A stretch of 58,366 nt of DNA, the filler included, from Sphacelaria rigidula (Eukaryota), in assembly GCA_964200075.2 (NCBI GenBank). It is 6 parts of 6 records of this genome, joined end to end, with 100 filler letters (N's around TTAATTAATTAA, not from the genome) between each part and the next. Parts side by side here need not be neighbours in the genome. Positions count along the whole stretch, not along the records: positions 9,746 to 19,390 come from CAXNAA020008046.1; positions 19,491 to 29,135 come from CAXNAA020008047.1; 4 more parts are not named here. The stretch is one strand, 5' to 3'. Below the pieces are notes generated by a model. It did not search any database, was not told the DNA's origin, and saw only the letters and a list, made by a program, of their open reading frames with translations. Every line of letters begins with the position of its first letter. Within the stretch, counting starts at the first letter, position 1. The position numbers were made by a program, and so were the translations under genes. Positions 9,746 to 23,365 of the stretch are shown piece by piece.

Positions 9746-12489
9746 ACCGCAGCTGTCTACGGTCGACGACTGCCCTTGTATGAGAAAAACATACGGTTTG
9801 AGTTACGAGCCGAAAACAGGATCAGCAAGCCACATACTCTCCCATCTTGGGTCGTGGCCTTGCTTTGCTAGCGATTACATCGCACCCCCCAGTATTTTCT
9901 TTCTCGATGATTAAAAAAAATCATCGCAATCATGTTGAGGATCAAGTTCAAAATAAATCATAACCAAACTACGGTAGTACTTCGTAGGGCGTAGGGAACA
10001 AAAACTAGAACAATCAAACAAAAAAATGCAACCACGGGACGGTACACATGGTTGAAATGTCACGTTGCTGCGAACAACGATACGAAAACGTTCCGAATCA
10101 AATGCAAACTCCCAAAGAAATCAAATGATAAAAGCCTAAAAGCCAAGGCGTGTCTGGTTCCTGCCCTGGCTCCTGCTAAGCCCCCCAAGCGATTGTGTTG
10201 TCGTCGCCCAGGCCGCGGTCGCTGTTTTCGGTTTGGCTCTTGCGGTGTCGCGGTCCGGACTTCGTCATTTGTGTGCACATCCGCCTGGGTTCGAAAGCAG
10301 TTGCCTCGCCATAAAGATTGCCTCGCATCATCGGGGGCAGGTCACGCGTAGCGGTAGAAAATAGTCACAGAGATAAGTCGTCCGCTGTATTTCGTGCAAA
10401 TATGCGAAAAGTATTCGAATCTACCGTACATCCATCATATCAAAGATGAAATTCCTCCCCTACAAACCCATGCATCTTTCCTCGCAACGCAACAAAAAAA
10501 ATATTCACGCAAGTATCCCAGGAGGTGGGGTACCAAAGGAAAACACGGAACAAAAATAAATCCTGTGTTGACCCTTCCCCTGTCAGATTCCGGCTGGTGC
10601 GCACTCATATACCGTTACGCTCTACAAATAGTGTAAGCATGCTCAACAAACAATCTGTAGAAACCAAAAAAAAACAAAAATCATTCATTGGTCCGCATTT
10701 GCCCGCAACATGAGAAATGTACCGTCATACGCCGATACACAGCAGACTGTAATGCAGTACAGTCTACAAGCAGTGACCAGCCAGGAGTACAGTATACAGA
10801 AGATAGTTGAGCATGACAAATGCTGCGTGAAATCATTCATAACACTTCGCAATTCCGTTTCTGTTTCCAGTCTGCGCGCTCAACGTGTTTGATCAGCGTC
10901 CAATGTCCGACAACACAAAAAAAACGATCGCATCTCATATCACCAGCCAATGTGATCTTGCCCTCCTGTACTGTATATCGCGGTCAGTTGAAGTCACGAC
11001 TCTTAATCCATTCAGTTTGGAACACAAGTAGCTGTGCACACAAGGCAGCATGTCTGTATAACGCAACATCTCTCGTCGAAGTCATCTCGAGTCAAAAATG
11101 GAAGTTCAACTACCGTAGATGACGGAATATAACACCCCCTTCTACAGTCAAGGGGATCATATCATTCTGCAGTGGAGAAGGGAAAAACCGAAGTCTCACA
11201 CATATGAGAACCAAAATATGGCACTCATTAAATACTCCAAAATCACGCTTGCGCTCCGTCTCATTACAGAGCGATCAGGGCGTGATGCTGAATGGAAAAG
11301 CAAACCAACACTGTACACTTTTGAAAAACTGGTCCTCGATCCAAACAAAAATGATGGTTCATGAATTCGAAACGTCCACCATATCAACTACACAATGACG
11401 GTAGATGACGGAATATAACACGCCTACACGACGAAATATGAAATCACATCCATACCCTCGGGGTATACATGTATGAAAGATACTGCATAGATGGGCAGGG
11501 CATAACAGTGATCGAAAAAACAGGGGATAAAAGAGAAGGGCAATGTGTTGCCAACAAAAAACAATCCGTCTGTAAGCCTGCAAAATGAATCTTCGCCACG
11601 TTACACGTGGCCAGATGTCAATTTAGTGTGACGTTGTATAACACCCCCAGTTCAACAGAAGAACAAGGACATGATACTCTAGAAAGCAAAAACATATGCG
11701 AACCAAATCGCAAACTAGAATATAATGACTACCTACCGATAACAAAACATTCTTCAAGTCATCCTACTCTTCCATCCTGGTAGTTCTATCAAGATTTATT
11801 TGATGTTCAATCGATTGTAAAATTTAGAGGGAAAACGTGCCTTGATGAGCACTGCGGCTCGTGTTGAAGTAGAAGCTGGGAAGCTGGTGACGTTGTCGTC
11901 CCGGACGTGGCTTGTTCATTGGCGTTCGGATGCTAGAGTTGGTGACGCGCGTGTCGAGGGATATTGCCGCTGCCGATCTTCGGTACCGTGTACTGCTCCG
12001 GTTAGCTCAAAAATACAAAATGAAGATGAATACATGCCTTCGGGACTCCTCCGCCCATCTGGGATATAAGCTGAGAAGCTCTGATTCTGTTGTCCTTGAT
12101 ATAGCTGCTCACTGGCGTTTGGATGCTAGAGCTGGTGACGCGCATGCCGGGGGGTGTTCCCGCTGCCGGTCTTGGGTACCTTTCTGCTTCAGTCAGCTCT
12201 TGTGGTGCTGTGATGCTGTCCGTTGATGATGTGTTTCTTCTTGTAGTCGTCGCGGCCTATGCACATTTTCGATGCCTTGTGGTTGAAAAACCCGTTTTAA
12301 CTCTCCTTTTTTTTGAATACCGTAGAGATATTTTGTATCATGTTTGACGGTTTGAGAAAACCTTGAGGTCGCCTGAGCGAAGCGTATCCTGATCTAAGCC
12401 TACGGCGTGTAAATACCTAGCAGTCCGTACATGAGCCTTGACCCAGGTTTAATGCTAGCATAATAGGAAGCCTCATGCACCGGGTGCAT

Positions 12490-12845
12490 TGTCGCGGGAA
12501 GTTGTAGGCCTGCCATGGCCAGTTGAGACCAGGTATTATTCATGTCATTAATTTACCCGTATCTGCCCACTCTCAAACACATAACACACACTGCCGAACA
12601 CCTAACACCAAGACTGAATCAAGTGGGGTAGGAGATCGTTGCAAGCACCACATCGGGTATACCTCAGATAACAGAACTAGTCTCTTTTACGTACTTCCCC
12701 TGTATGTCATGACCCAATGTTGATATCAATTCCCCCTGTATCCAGGCAGATCCTGGAGCAGAAGTATAATCGAATGAGTGGTGCTTGTCGCATCTTGGTA
12801 CCTTGGCCCCCATAGGGCCCACTCCCCTTCCTTCCCTCTTCATCA
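12490..12845 (-). mobile_element. Possible 3' LTR and polypurine tract of a minus-strand Gypsy
   Basis: Minus-strand AAGAGGGAAGGAAGGGGAG followed by TG at about 12821, downstream of the integrase. The distal LTR end is uncertain. Confidence 0.4.
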
Positions 12846-12949
12846 AGAAAGCTTTATATACATTTCTACCTCATCTTGATCGGCAGACAGCCGTGTCCAT
12901 TGATCGACTATCGGAGTCGTGTCCATTGATCGACTATCTGAGTCGAGTC

Positions 12950-14162
12950 TGCACCCCATCCTCTCACGGGGTCACGAAGCTACAAACACACCAAAGTATT
13001 CGTCCGACATTCACCTTGAGCATACGAATGGGTGCTGGAATACATCTTTGAGTTCCGCAGTGATGCGCAACTGCGAGTCAGCATAGAAACGCATACGAGC
13101 GATATGGGCTGGGTATACGGCCAGAAACAATGTCCTGCACCGAGGACACGTGAGCGTGATTGGATCTGACCACTCGCCACGGACCTGTCCATGTATACAT
13201 CAACTTTGGCGTCACACCTTGCCTACGGACACGGGCATACAAACACGAAATCGCCGACTGAAAACTTGGGCAACACAGCTTGGTCCTTAGCAAGCTTGCG
13301 TTTGGTTTCGCGAGACACCGCGACAGCAGCTTGCACTTCGTTACAAAACCGCACTTGCTCGTCAACCATGCCTCGAACCTTGCCATGCAACGAATCAGCA
13401 TCCATGACACATCGACGTTCCACCCGCCGCCAGTGATAGAAGCCAGCGCGGGAAACGCGGTACGCGGCGCACGCACAAGTATTACACAATGCGGAGTGTT
13501 ACGATAGCGTTCACGAAAATAAGTATTCAACGCCCACTGAGCGGCTGGCAAAACATCAACCCATTCAGCCACCGGCCGTCTTTGTTTCGACAAAATGAAC
13601 CGCAACGCACGAATAACCTCTTTCACCATGCGTTCACATGTAACATTCGACCAAGGGGTATACGCAACAGTAGACTGATGTTGTACCTTGAGCGCGCTGC
13701 TCAGCTGCGCGATTACTTGATTCTTAAAGTGCGTGGCGATATCACTCACCCACACACGCGGCGCCCCCAAAGTCTTACACCAATGGAGCAAGTGCTTAGC
13801 CGTAACCTCGGCAGTGAAAGCCTCCGTCGGCTCCAAGCAAACGAAATTGGACAAATGATCCATGGTAACCAAAACGTACCGAAAACCATCCTCCTCAGGC
13901 AAACCATTAGCACCTCCAGGTCTGCTACTTCCGACGTACAGAACACCAAAGTGAACAACTTCACCTGGCGCTGCACCATGCACGGTATTGCCATACAGAT
14001 GAGGTACAATCTCACCAGCACGAGTGTGTACTCAATGCAAACACTGGCGAACGAACTCACGAACGTGAGAATCCATGTGAGGCAACACACGGTATTCTTT
14101 CGAACGAAACAGAGTCGGCGCCACACCACGATGACCAGCCGATCGCATGTGAGCGCACACCA
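12950..14162 (-). pseudogene. Gypsy integrase (HHCC zinc finger and rve core), decayed
   Basis: AHMRSAGHRG...REFVRQCL, then YVLVTMDHLSNF, APRVWVSDIATHFKN and AYTPWSNVTCERMVKEV (DDE core), and KLMYTWTGPWRVV (GPY/F motif). Confidence 0.9.
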
Positions 14163-14530
14163 CACACGTGGCCACTGGGGTGCCTGGAGGGTGGCATTTT
14201 GGACCCTCCAGACCCTCCGCAAGGTAGGTTGCCGTGGAGGGTCAGAACGTTGACGTTGCCATCGTATATGTTGGAACCCACTACAGGTTGCAGGCATGTT
14301 CAAGGCAAGTGTACCATCGCAGTGGCCACTGGGGTGGCTAGAATGCCTGAATGGATGTTCCACATGTTCGGCAACGTACCTTGCGGGGCAAGGTCGGAAA
14401 CGTGACGTTGCCACACGTCGCCACACGTTGCCACACGTTGCCACACGTTACCGGGGTATACGTTGAAACCCATTACATGTTGCAGGCATGTTCAAGGCGA
14501 GTGAATGACCCATACAATTCCCATCGCCCC
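14163..14530. repeat. MITE-family fragments (CACxxGTGGCCACTGGGGTG end) and (CCACACGTTG)n tandem
   Basis: Same terminus as 49515-49627; short tandem repeats at about 14410-14450. Confidence 0.5.
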
Positions 14531-15749
14531 ACCCCAGCTCCGATTCCGATCATATCGAGGCTTCTCGTACCTTACCACCCTCCACTGATCGCTCCACCCG
14601 TGACCACACCTCACAGACACGCTCTGTTTCACAACCCTCTTTGACACTGGTTGCACCCGTCGCAGGGCACCCTCCATCTGACACAACCGTTAGTATTGGC
14701 CTTCCCCTGATTTCGAAGTTTGAATTGGTGCTTGTGGCTGGCAGCGAAAGCGTGACATACGACACGTCACACGCTACACGTCACACGCTACACGTCACCC
14801 TTACACCTTACACATAGAGTCAGCTCGCAGAGACCACAATACTGCGGAGGTGGCAAACACACTTGCATACTCGAGACTGCCGCGGGGGTTGTTTTGGGGG
14901 TATTCTCGCGTACTACCTTTCGATAGAGCTCTAAAGGGCTACTAGCGTCGGTAGATTTTGGTCAAATGAGCAGATAATCCTGAAAAAAACAGTGCCCAAG
15001 TAGTGTGACGTAGTGTTATCGGACGATAGGAGCAGATACCCCGTTTATAAGGAGGGTATTCTTGATCGCGAAACACAGTTATTCGGCTCCGGTGCAGTGA
15101 GTAGATAGAATTCCAAAAAAATAAAACTGTACATTTCTTTACAACAACGATCGGGACAGGCGCGATCGACCAAAAATTCCAAAGAGTCAGAATCTGTGCT
15201 GAAAAATTGCAGGACCCCAGATGACCGGTCAGCCTGTAAGTCAACCAATGTTGAGTACAGATGATTTTTGTTTTCATTGAATGTGGAGCGGATCCAAGTA
15301 TCTTCAAATCCCCAATATGATAGACGGTGACAAGCGGAAGAGCCTGAAAAAATCGCCGATGACGAGGAAAATAGAGAAAGAACGATTCAGGTTCCCACTA
15401 CTATCTACTACTCCGGAGTATAGTTTTTTATTTTTTACTTTTGACACCCTGTGTTTGCTAGGGATAGGTGCAAGATTTGAACAGCAGCTGTTCACGTAAT
15501 CAAGAACACGATTTCCTATCACGCATAAAGCTCTTGGTCACCAGTCGTCAGCCATTGTGCTGTAAAGTTCGACGAGTGTTGCACGGGTGCGGAGTGCAGA
15601 GTGCGGAGGTGTGAGATTGAACCTTGCCGTTACCGGCAATGGGTGTGTTCGAGAGTATCCATCACCCACCACACACCAAACATACAACAACAACAACAAC
15701 GCCGAATTCACCTGCGTTCCAATGATTTGAAGGCGTTTTCCCTTGCTTA

Positions 15750-15911
15750 TCCGGTTAAACCGTTTTTCCGGTGAACCGGTTGAACCGTTTTCCCGGTGAA
15801 CCGGTTAGACCGGCCGAAAAATAACAGTTTAATCGGTTTTTCGTTTTCCAAAAGAATGCCTCCTTATCCGGTAACCGGTTTTTCGATTTTCTTATCCGGT
15901 GCCCACCTCTA
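15750..15911 (-). mobile_element. hAT-like DNA transposon end truncating a gag
   Basis: Minus-strand terminus TAGAGGTGGGC and a dense subterminal cluster of AACCG/CCGGT motifs. Confidence 0.55.
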
Positions 15912-16398
15912 GTTGTGTCGCCTTCTTTCCCGTCAAAGTGCAGGCGGCTGCCCCGCGTTGTTGCTTCAGACGCGGGCGAGCTGGAAATACTGCACCCTTG
16001 ACAAACGAAATGTCGTGCCTGTCCCCACCGCCATCGACCTTCACACTATCTTTTACCACACTCGGCGATGCACAAAATGCATGCTTGCGCAGCGCAAAGA
16101 GCAATTTATCGTGCCCAACATCATTCGCACCATTCAAACATGTGTCACATAGACAGTCCTCGATATGTGCGGATATGAGGTCACAGACCGCTGGCTCCTC
16201 AATAACGTGCCAGCGTGCTTGACGGGCGTTCGTTGCGTGCACCTCACGAAGGTAGTTCTCATACTTCCGCAGAAACTGAGCAGATTTTTCACTTGAGAAC
16301 TTGCGATCGTAGTAGGGCATATCCAGAAATCGTACATGGACAGCGCAATTATCGATGACAACATACTGTTGAGGCGCAAGAACAACATGGCCGTCCAC
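15912..16398 (-). pseudogene. Gypsy gag N-terminal fragment
   Basis: AQFLRKYENYLREV...LISAHI...LLFALRKHA, similar in pattern to 19688-19975. Preceded by a PBS-like TGGTGGCACCAGCC at 16651-16634. Confidence 0.6.
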
Positions 16399-16633
16399 CG
16401 CGACATACTCTTGTGTACATTTCGGTCAGCAGTACAGCACTCCACATCACCTTTTTTTTATAACGAAGTCGCCTCCCACTCATAGGAACAACAACTTTCT
16501 CCATGCACCGAGACGCGCTGTACCATCTTACAACGACGATCACACACGCCTCTTCCTCACACGGTTCTCGCCACGACTTGAAGTCCTTAGGCTCCTCTCC
16601 CTGACCGTACCTGGGCAAGTGTGGACCAGGCAA

Positions 16634-17166
16634 CCCTGGCTGGTGCCACCAGGTAGTAATTGCGCCGTTATTTTGGAACGCTCACGGGCTCGCCAGCTGT
16701 CGATCAACCCCCCACACCTCGCGCACGAGCGATACCACAGCCCACCCTAGCACTGCCTCAGAACCTCCTCGGCTCTACTTCTCCAGCTCCTCGCGACGTT
16801 AACACGCCTTGAGCTGGTCTTGTTTGCTGCGAACTGATCAGGCCTGCAGACTTCCCCATCTTGATGTGTCAGCTGCTTTTCAGCGGACCTACCGCCAGTC
16901 GGCGGACGTAATGAACGTTTATTATAGACCTCTGTCACTCAATATCAGATCGCCACGTGAACTCCTCCCATCACGGGCACATGGACTTCAGCAGCTTTAG
17001 TTATTCATGTATTATTACCCTCAGCATAGTACAGGAGGTCAGGATCATAGCCTGTCTCCACCAGAGTGGCATAAGCAAGCCTACACGTTATGGAGGTCAC
17101 CCATCACAGGGCCCGGCAATCAGACCCGCAACTCTACCTACAGAATGTCCCTAACCTCAGGTAACA
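16634..17166 (-). mobile_element. Probable 5' LTR and PBS
   Basis: Minus strand starts TGTTACC at 17166 and runs to a TGG-initiated PBS-like sequence ahead of gag. The canonical CA end is not seen. Confidence 0.45.
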
Positions 17167-19390
17167 ATGGTGGCTAGAGTCTACGGGTGCAAGTTCATCG
17201 ATGCCAAACTTTTTGATGGTATCGATTTTGAAATATCGTAGTGGTTGTTTAAAAACAAGATACCATTACATTACTCATATGCGTTGGAGGGATGTTTGTC
17301 ATGCTGGGGGGAAGTTCGATACAGTTCGAGCGGTATGTCGAGGAAGTGTATGCAATACATGCCTTGACAGACAGCTTATAGTACATAGGAAAACAACCCG
17401 AAATTGAAAAACACCCGTCCGTATGCTGCATAGGTGCAGAGTCGTGATGCACTCGGATATCCGACGCGTTCGTTTCGGATACTGTCCGTGCGCAGGATGG
17501 TTTCAGTGAGTACTGAGTTTCCCATACTTCACCAGCGCCTCCTCTCCAAATTGCGCTGACACTACGAAAGTGGGAGGGCTGGGCATTTCTATGCTGGTCC
17601 ACTGTGTGTGGAAACCGAGAGACTCCGAACCGGAGAGCCGGGGGCTCGAATAGTATATCGATTCAAGCATCACAACTCGCTTGCGCTGCTGGGAATCACA
17701 ATTCGTGATTGGGTTAAGGATGTTTGATGGACAGACTACTGAACACAAGCTGCTACTCATCCCCATCAGGCTGGGCTGGGCGGCGCATGCTCCAAGGTGT
17801 ACTGGTATCGAAAATCCACTTGAAAAAATGATCACGCACCCAGGAGACGGGGCGCACGCCTACAGGGTAGAAATAGTAATGCCGCTGAACGGCTGTGTGT
17901 GTAGAAAACTGTTGTGAAATGGAACTAAACGGAATTGACCCGCAAGCTTCGGTCGGCACCTGCAATGTTGCTCCAACACGAGGGTTGCGCGGGAACACGT
18001 GACTCGCGATTCTCAACAGGAAGGGCTGTACTCGTGTGATGAACCCCGAAAGAAAAGAAAAAGAGGCGACCGAATATCTTCTAGTGCTACAAACCACTTG
18101 AGATGGCAGCATTTGTCCATCAGTGGGAGTCCGATTCCGAGACTGTGTTGCTACTGTAGCATCCATGTACTGTAGTGCCGAATAACCCGCATATATGGCA
18201 CATTTTCGGTTGTGCGACGGGATCTCAGGGTCTTGTGAGCACAAAATGTGAGCCCAGTGCTGCTATGAGTCGTATCCGTCACTAATGCTCCGCACAGAAA
18301 TGTCCCGGATACCAAGCATGGGCCGCCAACGGTGATTTCAGAGCCTAGGGCACATGTACATATTCGAAGATGGGGCACTCGACTGCAGTCGCGTCACATG
18401 CCTGCGACAATCAAATCAAACACTCCGGCGAAGGAAAGGTATCGGGTGCATGGGGGGCAGAAACGCCTGTCGTCGAATAGCTCGTGGTGCGGGGTAGGCG
18501 GACCATATCGGAACTATGACAGCAATTCACTGTGGCTACAACCCGACTCCAATTTACTGTACTGAAGTACAGGGTAATTCAAAACAAGCCCAAAATAAAA
18601 ATTCCAATCGTGCATGAAGTGCAGTGTTTCAAGTTACCCTGTGCACTACAGAAAGTTCAGCGGACGTTCAGTACTGCATAGTGCATGGAACCGAAGCACT
18701 CGTAACCACAACGCCGGTGTCTCGGCGAGGGTGTTGATTTCATCACGACCGCTGACATGGGCTATGGAAACTCGCAGGGAAATCCACCAGTAGAGGGAAC
18801 TTGGTGACAGCGATGACGAAAGATATAGTATCCAACGCTGCCACTAAAAAAACAAGATACAAACCCGGTACAGGGCATCGTCCAAGGGAGCGACGACGCA
18901 CCTGCCGATCAAAGCCTGCATCATGCGCGGGCACATGGAAAAAAGATACACTGTCATGGGTGGGACTGGGACCCGATTTTGGATACTATATTACAGGAAA
19001 ATGGATCACGAACGCTATATGCGTAAGAACTGGACCGCAATCAGGCAAATCATTTCAATCAAAAAAATATGTGCCACCTAAAAACAACCACCTGGCTCAT
19101 ATAAAATGTACCATAAACATGGTACACATCTTCAAGCCTGTGAGGCCGTGTATTATCAAATTGTTTTGGTGTCGAAAACGAGCGGTCGAATCGAATTCGC
19201 TTGTTTCTGATTCGTCCACACTACTAATTTTCTCACATGGTTGAGAAAATGAATGCCGCCGACTGTAATAAATAGCAAGCGGCAGTATAATGCAAGGACA
19301 CAGCTTGCAACCCAAGGCACAAGCTTGGCAGGCAAGTGTACAACCGTCAGGCTGTTACAACTTGTAGATACCGTGTGACCTGCTCAGTAT

Positions 19391-19490
19391 NNNNNNNNNN
19401 NNNNNNNNNNNNNNNNNNNNNNNNNNNNNNNNNNTTAATTAATTAANNNNNNNNNNNNNNNNNNNNNNNNNNNNNNNNNNNNNNNNNNNN
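19391..19490. other. Artificial contig linker
   Basis: N + TTAATTAATTAA + N, 100 bp. Confidence 0.98.
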
Positions 19491-19687
19491 GAACGAACCC
19501 AAGCGTGGCAATTCTCAGCTGCTTGTTGTGCTCGGGTTTTCCCATTTCGATTTACGTGAAGATTTCGCCTCCCAAAACCATGCACTTTTGGGGGGGGGTA
19601 TGGTAGAAAGTGTCTTTCTGGTATAGTAAGAACTTTGCGTAGATCTGCTGCAGCCCGCGCAGCGACATGCTTTCCGCCGGTTGTAGT

Positions 19688-19975
19688 TTACCCAGCATGC
19701 TGCTTCACAGCATCCAGCAGTTCGTCAGGGGTCATAGCCCGACGTTCCTTGTAGATATCTTCGAAACACCGGTGAATGTAGGTAGGAATGAGTTGTCCAA
19801 TGCTCACTCTCTCATGCCGTATGACTCCTGTACTATTGACTGAAATCAGCCTCTCTAAATAATCGAGATAAGCGACATAAAACCTTCTTGACGCCATTTC
19901 AGTCCACACTTCGCCATACTTTGGCGGCTGTAGTGGCTCACCTAACACCAACGCCGCTGCCGCCGCTTGAGCCAT
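19688..19975 (-). pseudogene. Gypsy gag N-terminal fragment
   Basis: RRFYVAYLDYLERL...IGQLIPTYIHRCF...ELLDAVKQHAG; PBS-like TAGTGATGCCACGG upstream at about 20462-20449. Confidence 0.55.
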
Positions 19976-20677
19976 GTCGACTAGACTTCAAAACTTCACT
20001 GAGAGACACTTGCCTGACTTGTGCGTCCTCCAGCCCACAGAGCGTCCCCCACAGCTGTGCGCTTCAAGTTGGTCTCAGCCTGTCTGCGGGCTAAAATGAC
20101 TTCCAGCTGCAGCCCACTTTCTCCCCAGGCAAAGTCCTTCAACAGAGTGCCGGAAGAATATCTAGATATTGTAGCCTCTGCCAGACGATCTGGACAAGAG
20201 GACTTTCAACGAGGGACGTCTCCAATATCACTGGCCTCATGCTCGACAAGTCCTTCCTTCTCACTTGTTATTATCAACGAGCGATCCTCAACAGATCACA
20301 TCATGAGCCCGCAGCAAGGGGCCGCACAGATAAGGACCATCAATCCAGGATCCCCTGTCCCCTGCCACTGCTCCAATCATGCATGCGATTGTACTGAAAC
20401 CTACGGCTTGGTATCATTTGGCTACAGGGCACAAGTGTGCAACACCTACCGTGGCATCACTAAAAGTCTGACAAGGAAAACACAACAAGGGACAGTTCTG
20501 GGGTCAGCGACAACGGAGAGACGCACCCGGGGGAAGGGAGCGGGCAAAAGGCGTCGAGGCGTGCGTTTCAAACGTGGGGAACATGATCATCATAATCGAA
20601 AAGCTACCCTTCTCCCTCGCGAAAAGCTGCACATAACGAAAAGGCATGAGGCACTGCAGGATGCCGGCGGTGACATC

Positions 20678-20870
20678 TGTAATACGTGAAAGGACCGCGT
20701 GCTTAGAGGGCTGCGCCATAGTTCAAAATACCTCAGGATCGACGTTTTTCAGAACCAATCGGGTCAGTTCCTGCAGATACCACGCCCCTGACCCTAACCC
20801 TAACCCTAACCATAGGGGTGTTTAAATCCCGATGCGGTCCTCTAAGCACGCAGTCCTCTCATTCATTACA
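20678..20870. mobile_element. MITE with ~35-bp TIRs and internal (TAACCC)n, copy 1
   Basis: TIR consensus TGTAATGCGTGAGAGGACCGCGTGCTTAGAGG; internal accctaaccctaaccctaacc. Confidence 0.75.
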
Positions 20871-21011
20871 ACATTCACCTTGAATGCCTCTCAGCATACC
20901 ACAGACTCGTCCGGTTTCATTTCAACCAGCCCACACAAGGTGTACACCATACAAGAACTAGACACCAGCTCACTTTACATGAATCTATGCTTCCGCTGCA
21001 AGGCAAGTGTG

Positions 21012-21222
21012 TGTAATGCGTGAGAGGACGGCGGGCTTGGAGGACCGCATCGGAATTTGAACATCCCTATGGTTAGGGTTAGGGTCAGGGCTAGTGTTAG
21101 GGTTATAGTCAGGGGCGTGGTACCGGCAGGGACTGGCCCGATTGGTTTTGAAAAGCGTCGATCCTGAGGTGTTTTGAAGTACGGCGTGGTCCTCTAAGCA
21201 CGCGGTCCTTTCACGCAATACA
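21012..21222. mobile_element. Same MITE, copy 2 (opposite orientation)
   Basis: Same TIRs; internal ggttagggttagggtcaggg; flanked by gtg on both sides. Confidence 0.75.
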
Positions 21223-23071
21223 GTGTGTTTGCGGACGGGGGTCTGAGGTATTGTATTGGTGCACTGGTGGAACTTTCATTCCCTCCACTTGGACAAATCT
21301 TCGGGGGCGTGAAAGCCCAGTCCGCAAAGAACTCAACTGAGCGACCGGGTTACGCAAAACGCTCATCACTGCCTCCCCAACACACACTAGAGTATGTGAA
21401 GTGCTCTCTAAACGCCCACTAGTGAGCACTACACGGGGGTGAGGAGCAACGTCAGTGAAGACAGGCGTGATATCGATGTGGGCATGGTCTGCTCGTGACT
21501 GAAAGAAAAAAGCCGTGTCTCTTCAAAAGCTTCCCCGCGCTTGTGTTCGGGCTACTCGAACACACGAACTCACCACGCATAGAACGTACGCATGCTATGG
21601 GCAGCACGTAGCGACACATGCATGTTGTCCATACCAATACATTCGTTCCGGATGTAACTGGTGGGTCATGTGATCATCTATGATGCCGTTCCGTTCCCCT
21701 GATTTAAACCCCCAAGAGATCGGTGTTTCCACCGAAATGGATCCAGACGACGGTGGCGACGATGATGTCGCCTCCTCCGCTGCCAGCACCTCATGGGTCT
21801 CCATCTCGGGAGGAGGCATCTGGCCGCCGTCGACCGTGCCCTCTCCATGACCTTCTTGAGGCTTCATTTCGTCATAACGTGCCAAATAACAGAGAGGCGA
21901 TGAGGTGCGTGAGGAACGTACGCGGTCGACTTTATCCATGTCGTCTGACCCGCCGCTTCCCATCAAGAACCGAATGGCAGCTTCACAATTTTTGTCCTAT
22001 ATTCGGGTGGCACGATACGGGCGTGTTCCATGTTGGACTCCGAGAACAATGGACCAGAATGCGTCCACTGATGTGTGGTTGACTAACGCCATTCCGAAGT
22101 CACAGCGAGGAGACGCTAGAATGCATCGTGATATTTCACCCGTACGCGATGGCTCAGAGCGCGTTGATGCACTGGTGGAATTTGCATTCCCTCCACTTGC
22201 ATATTCTTTCGGCGGCGTGCAGCTCCGGCGATTCAACGACTTTGCTTCTCTACCGCGGATTGAAACACTAACGGACGACACTGCCATTAACGACATCGCC
22301 GTTTCCTCGGCTTCCGAAACTTCCGCTGGGGCCGACGCCTCGTCTCTGTCGCCGCTCTCTCAAACCCGCTGCTCGACGATGATTCATTGCCGTCGAGAAT
22401 ACGCCATTTCCCGCGGGGAAGAGATAGGGGTCGATCCACCCACCCACCGCCCGCACCACCTAGACTTGCGCGGGTGTCTCATAATTGGCCTCTACGTTGT
22501 CCCCGGAGGAGTTCGAGGCTGACCTTGGTGGAACGTTGGCCGCTCCCACTATCGTCTCCGCACCCTCCCCAGTCCCGATCGCGGAAGAAGATCCGTCAAC
22601 CTCACTTCCGCTCTACCTGTCCGAGGCGCGATTTTATCCTGACTTAGCGAGAAAGGGAGAGGTAATGTGGGGCGTAAGGAACGTTCGCGGTTGAAGTCGT
22701 CCATGCGGTCGCACTCACCGCTTCTCTGTAAGAGTGTACTGTCAGCTTCACATTTCTCATTCTCCTCGGGGAGCAAGATCTGGGCGCGTTCCATATTGGG
22801 CTCCAAACACCGCGAACCAGAATGCGACTACTGACGTGTGGTTGATGTACGTGTTTCTGAAGTGACGGCGAGAAATGGCTCTGGCGCATAAGTATATCTC
22901 ACACGTAGAAGACCAAGGTCGGACGACGACGAAACACGAAAAAATGGCTGCCATCCAACGTGCGGCTTTCGGAAGTGGCCAGTGCCTGTGTCCAGCGTAT
23001 ATCACCACTCACAGGGTTTTTGACGTGACCTTGTGCCTCAGTCGCACATAAGAGAGCTGTAGATGGTGAAG

Positions 23072-23269
23072 TGCGTGAGAGGACCGCGTGCTTAGGGGAC
23101 CGCATCGTAGTTCAAAACACCCCATGATTGACATTTTTCAAAACCGATCGGGCCAGTCTCTGCAGGGACCACGCCCCCGACCTAGCCCCAACACCGACCT
23201 GACCCTAACCACAGGAGTGTTCAAACTCCGATGACGTCCCCTAAGCACGGGGTCCTCCCATGCATTACA
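23072..23269. mobile_element. Same MITE, copy 3
   Basis: TGCGTGAGAGGACCGCGTGCTTAG ... CTAAGCACGGGGTCCTCCCATGCATTACA. Confidence 0.7.
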
Positions 23270-23365
23270 GATGGCATCCAAGGATAGCTGCAATGATATG
23301 CACCTTGCCTTCCTCTCAGCACCCCGCCAAACTCGTCTGATCTTCATTCTACTTTCAACAGGCAT

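Noticed and set aside
13078-13983. Integrase as the continuation of the Gypsy at 1021-4370
   Set aside because: It is on a different contig and the opposite strand; linkage cannot be inferred.
13489-14253. Long ORF-track entries as genes (for example 13489-14253, 20021-20689, 27865-28473)
   Set aside because: They are antisense shadows of TE coding regions or read through repeats, with no recognisable motifs or splice support.
20785-20812. True telomere or chromosome end
   Set aside because: Only about three repeats, and they are internal to a TIR-bounded element.
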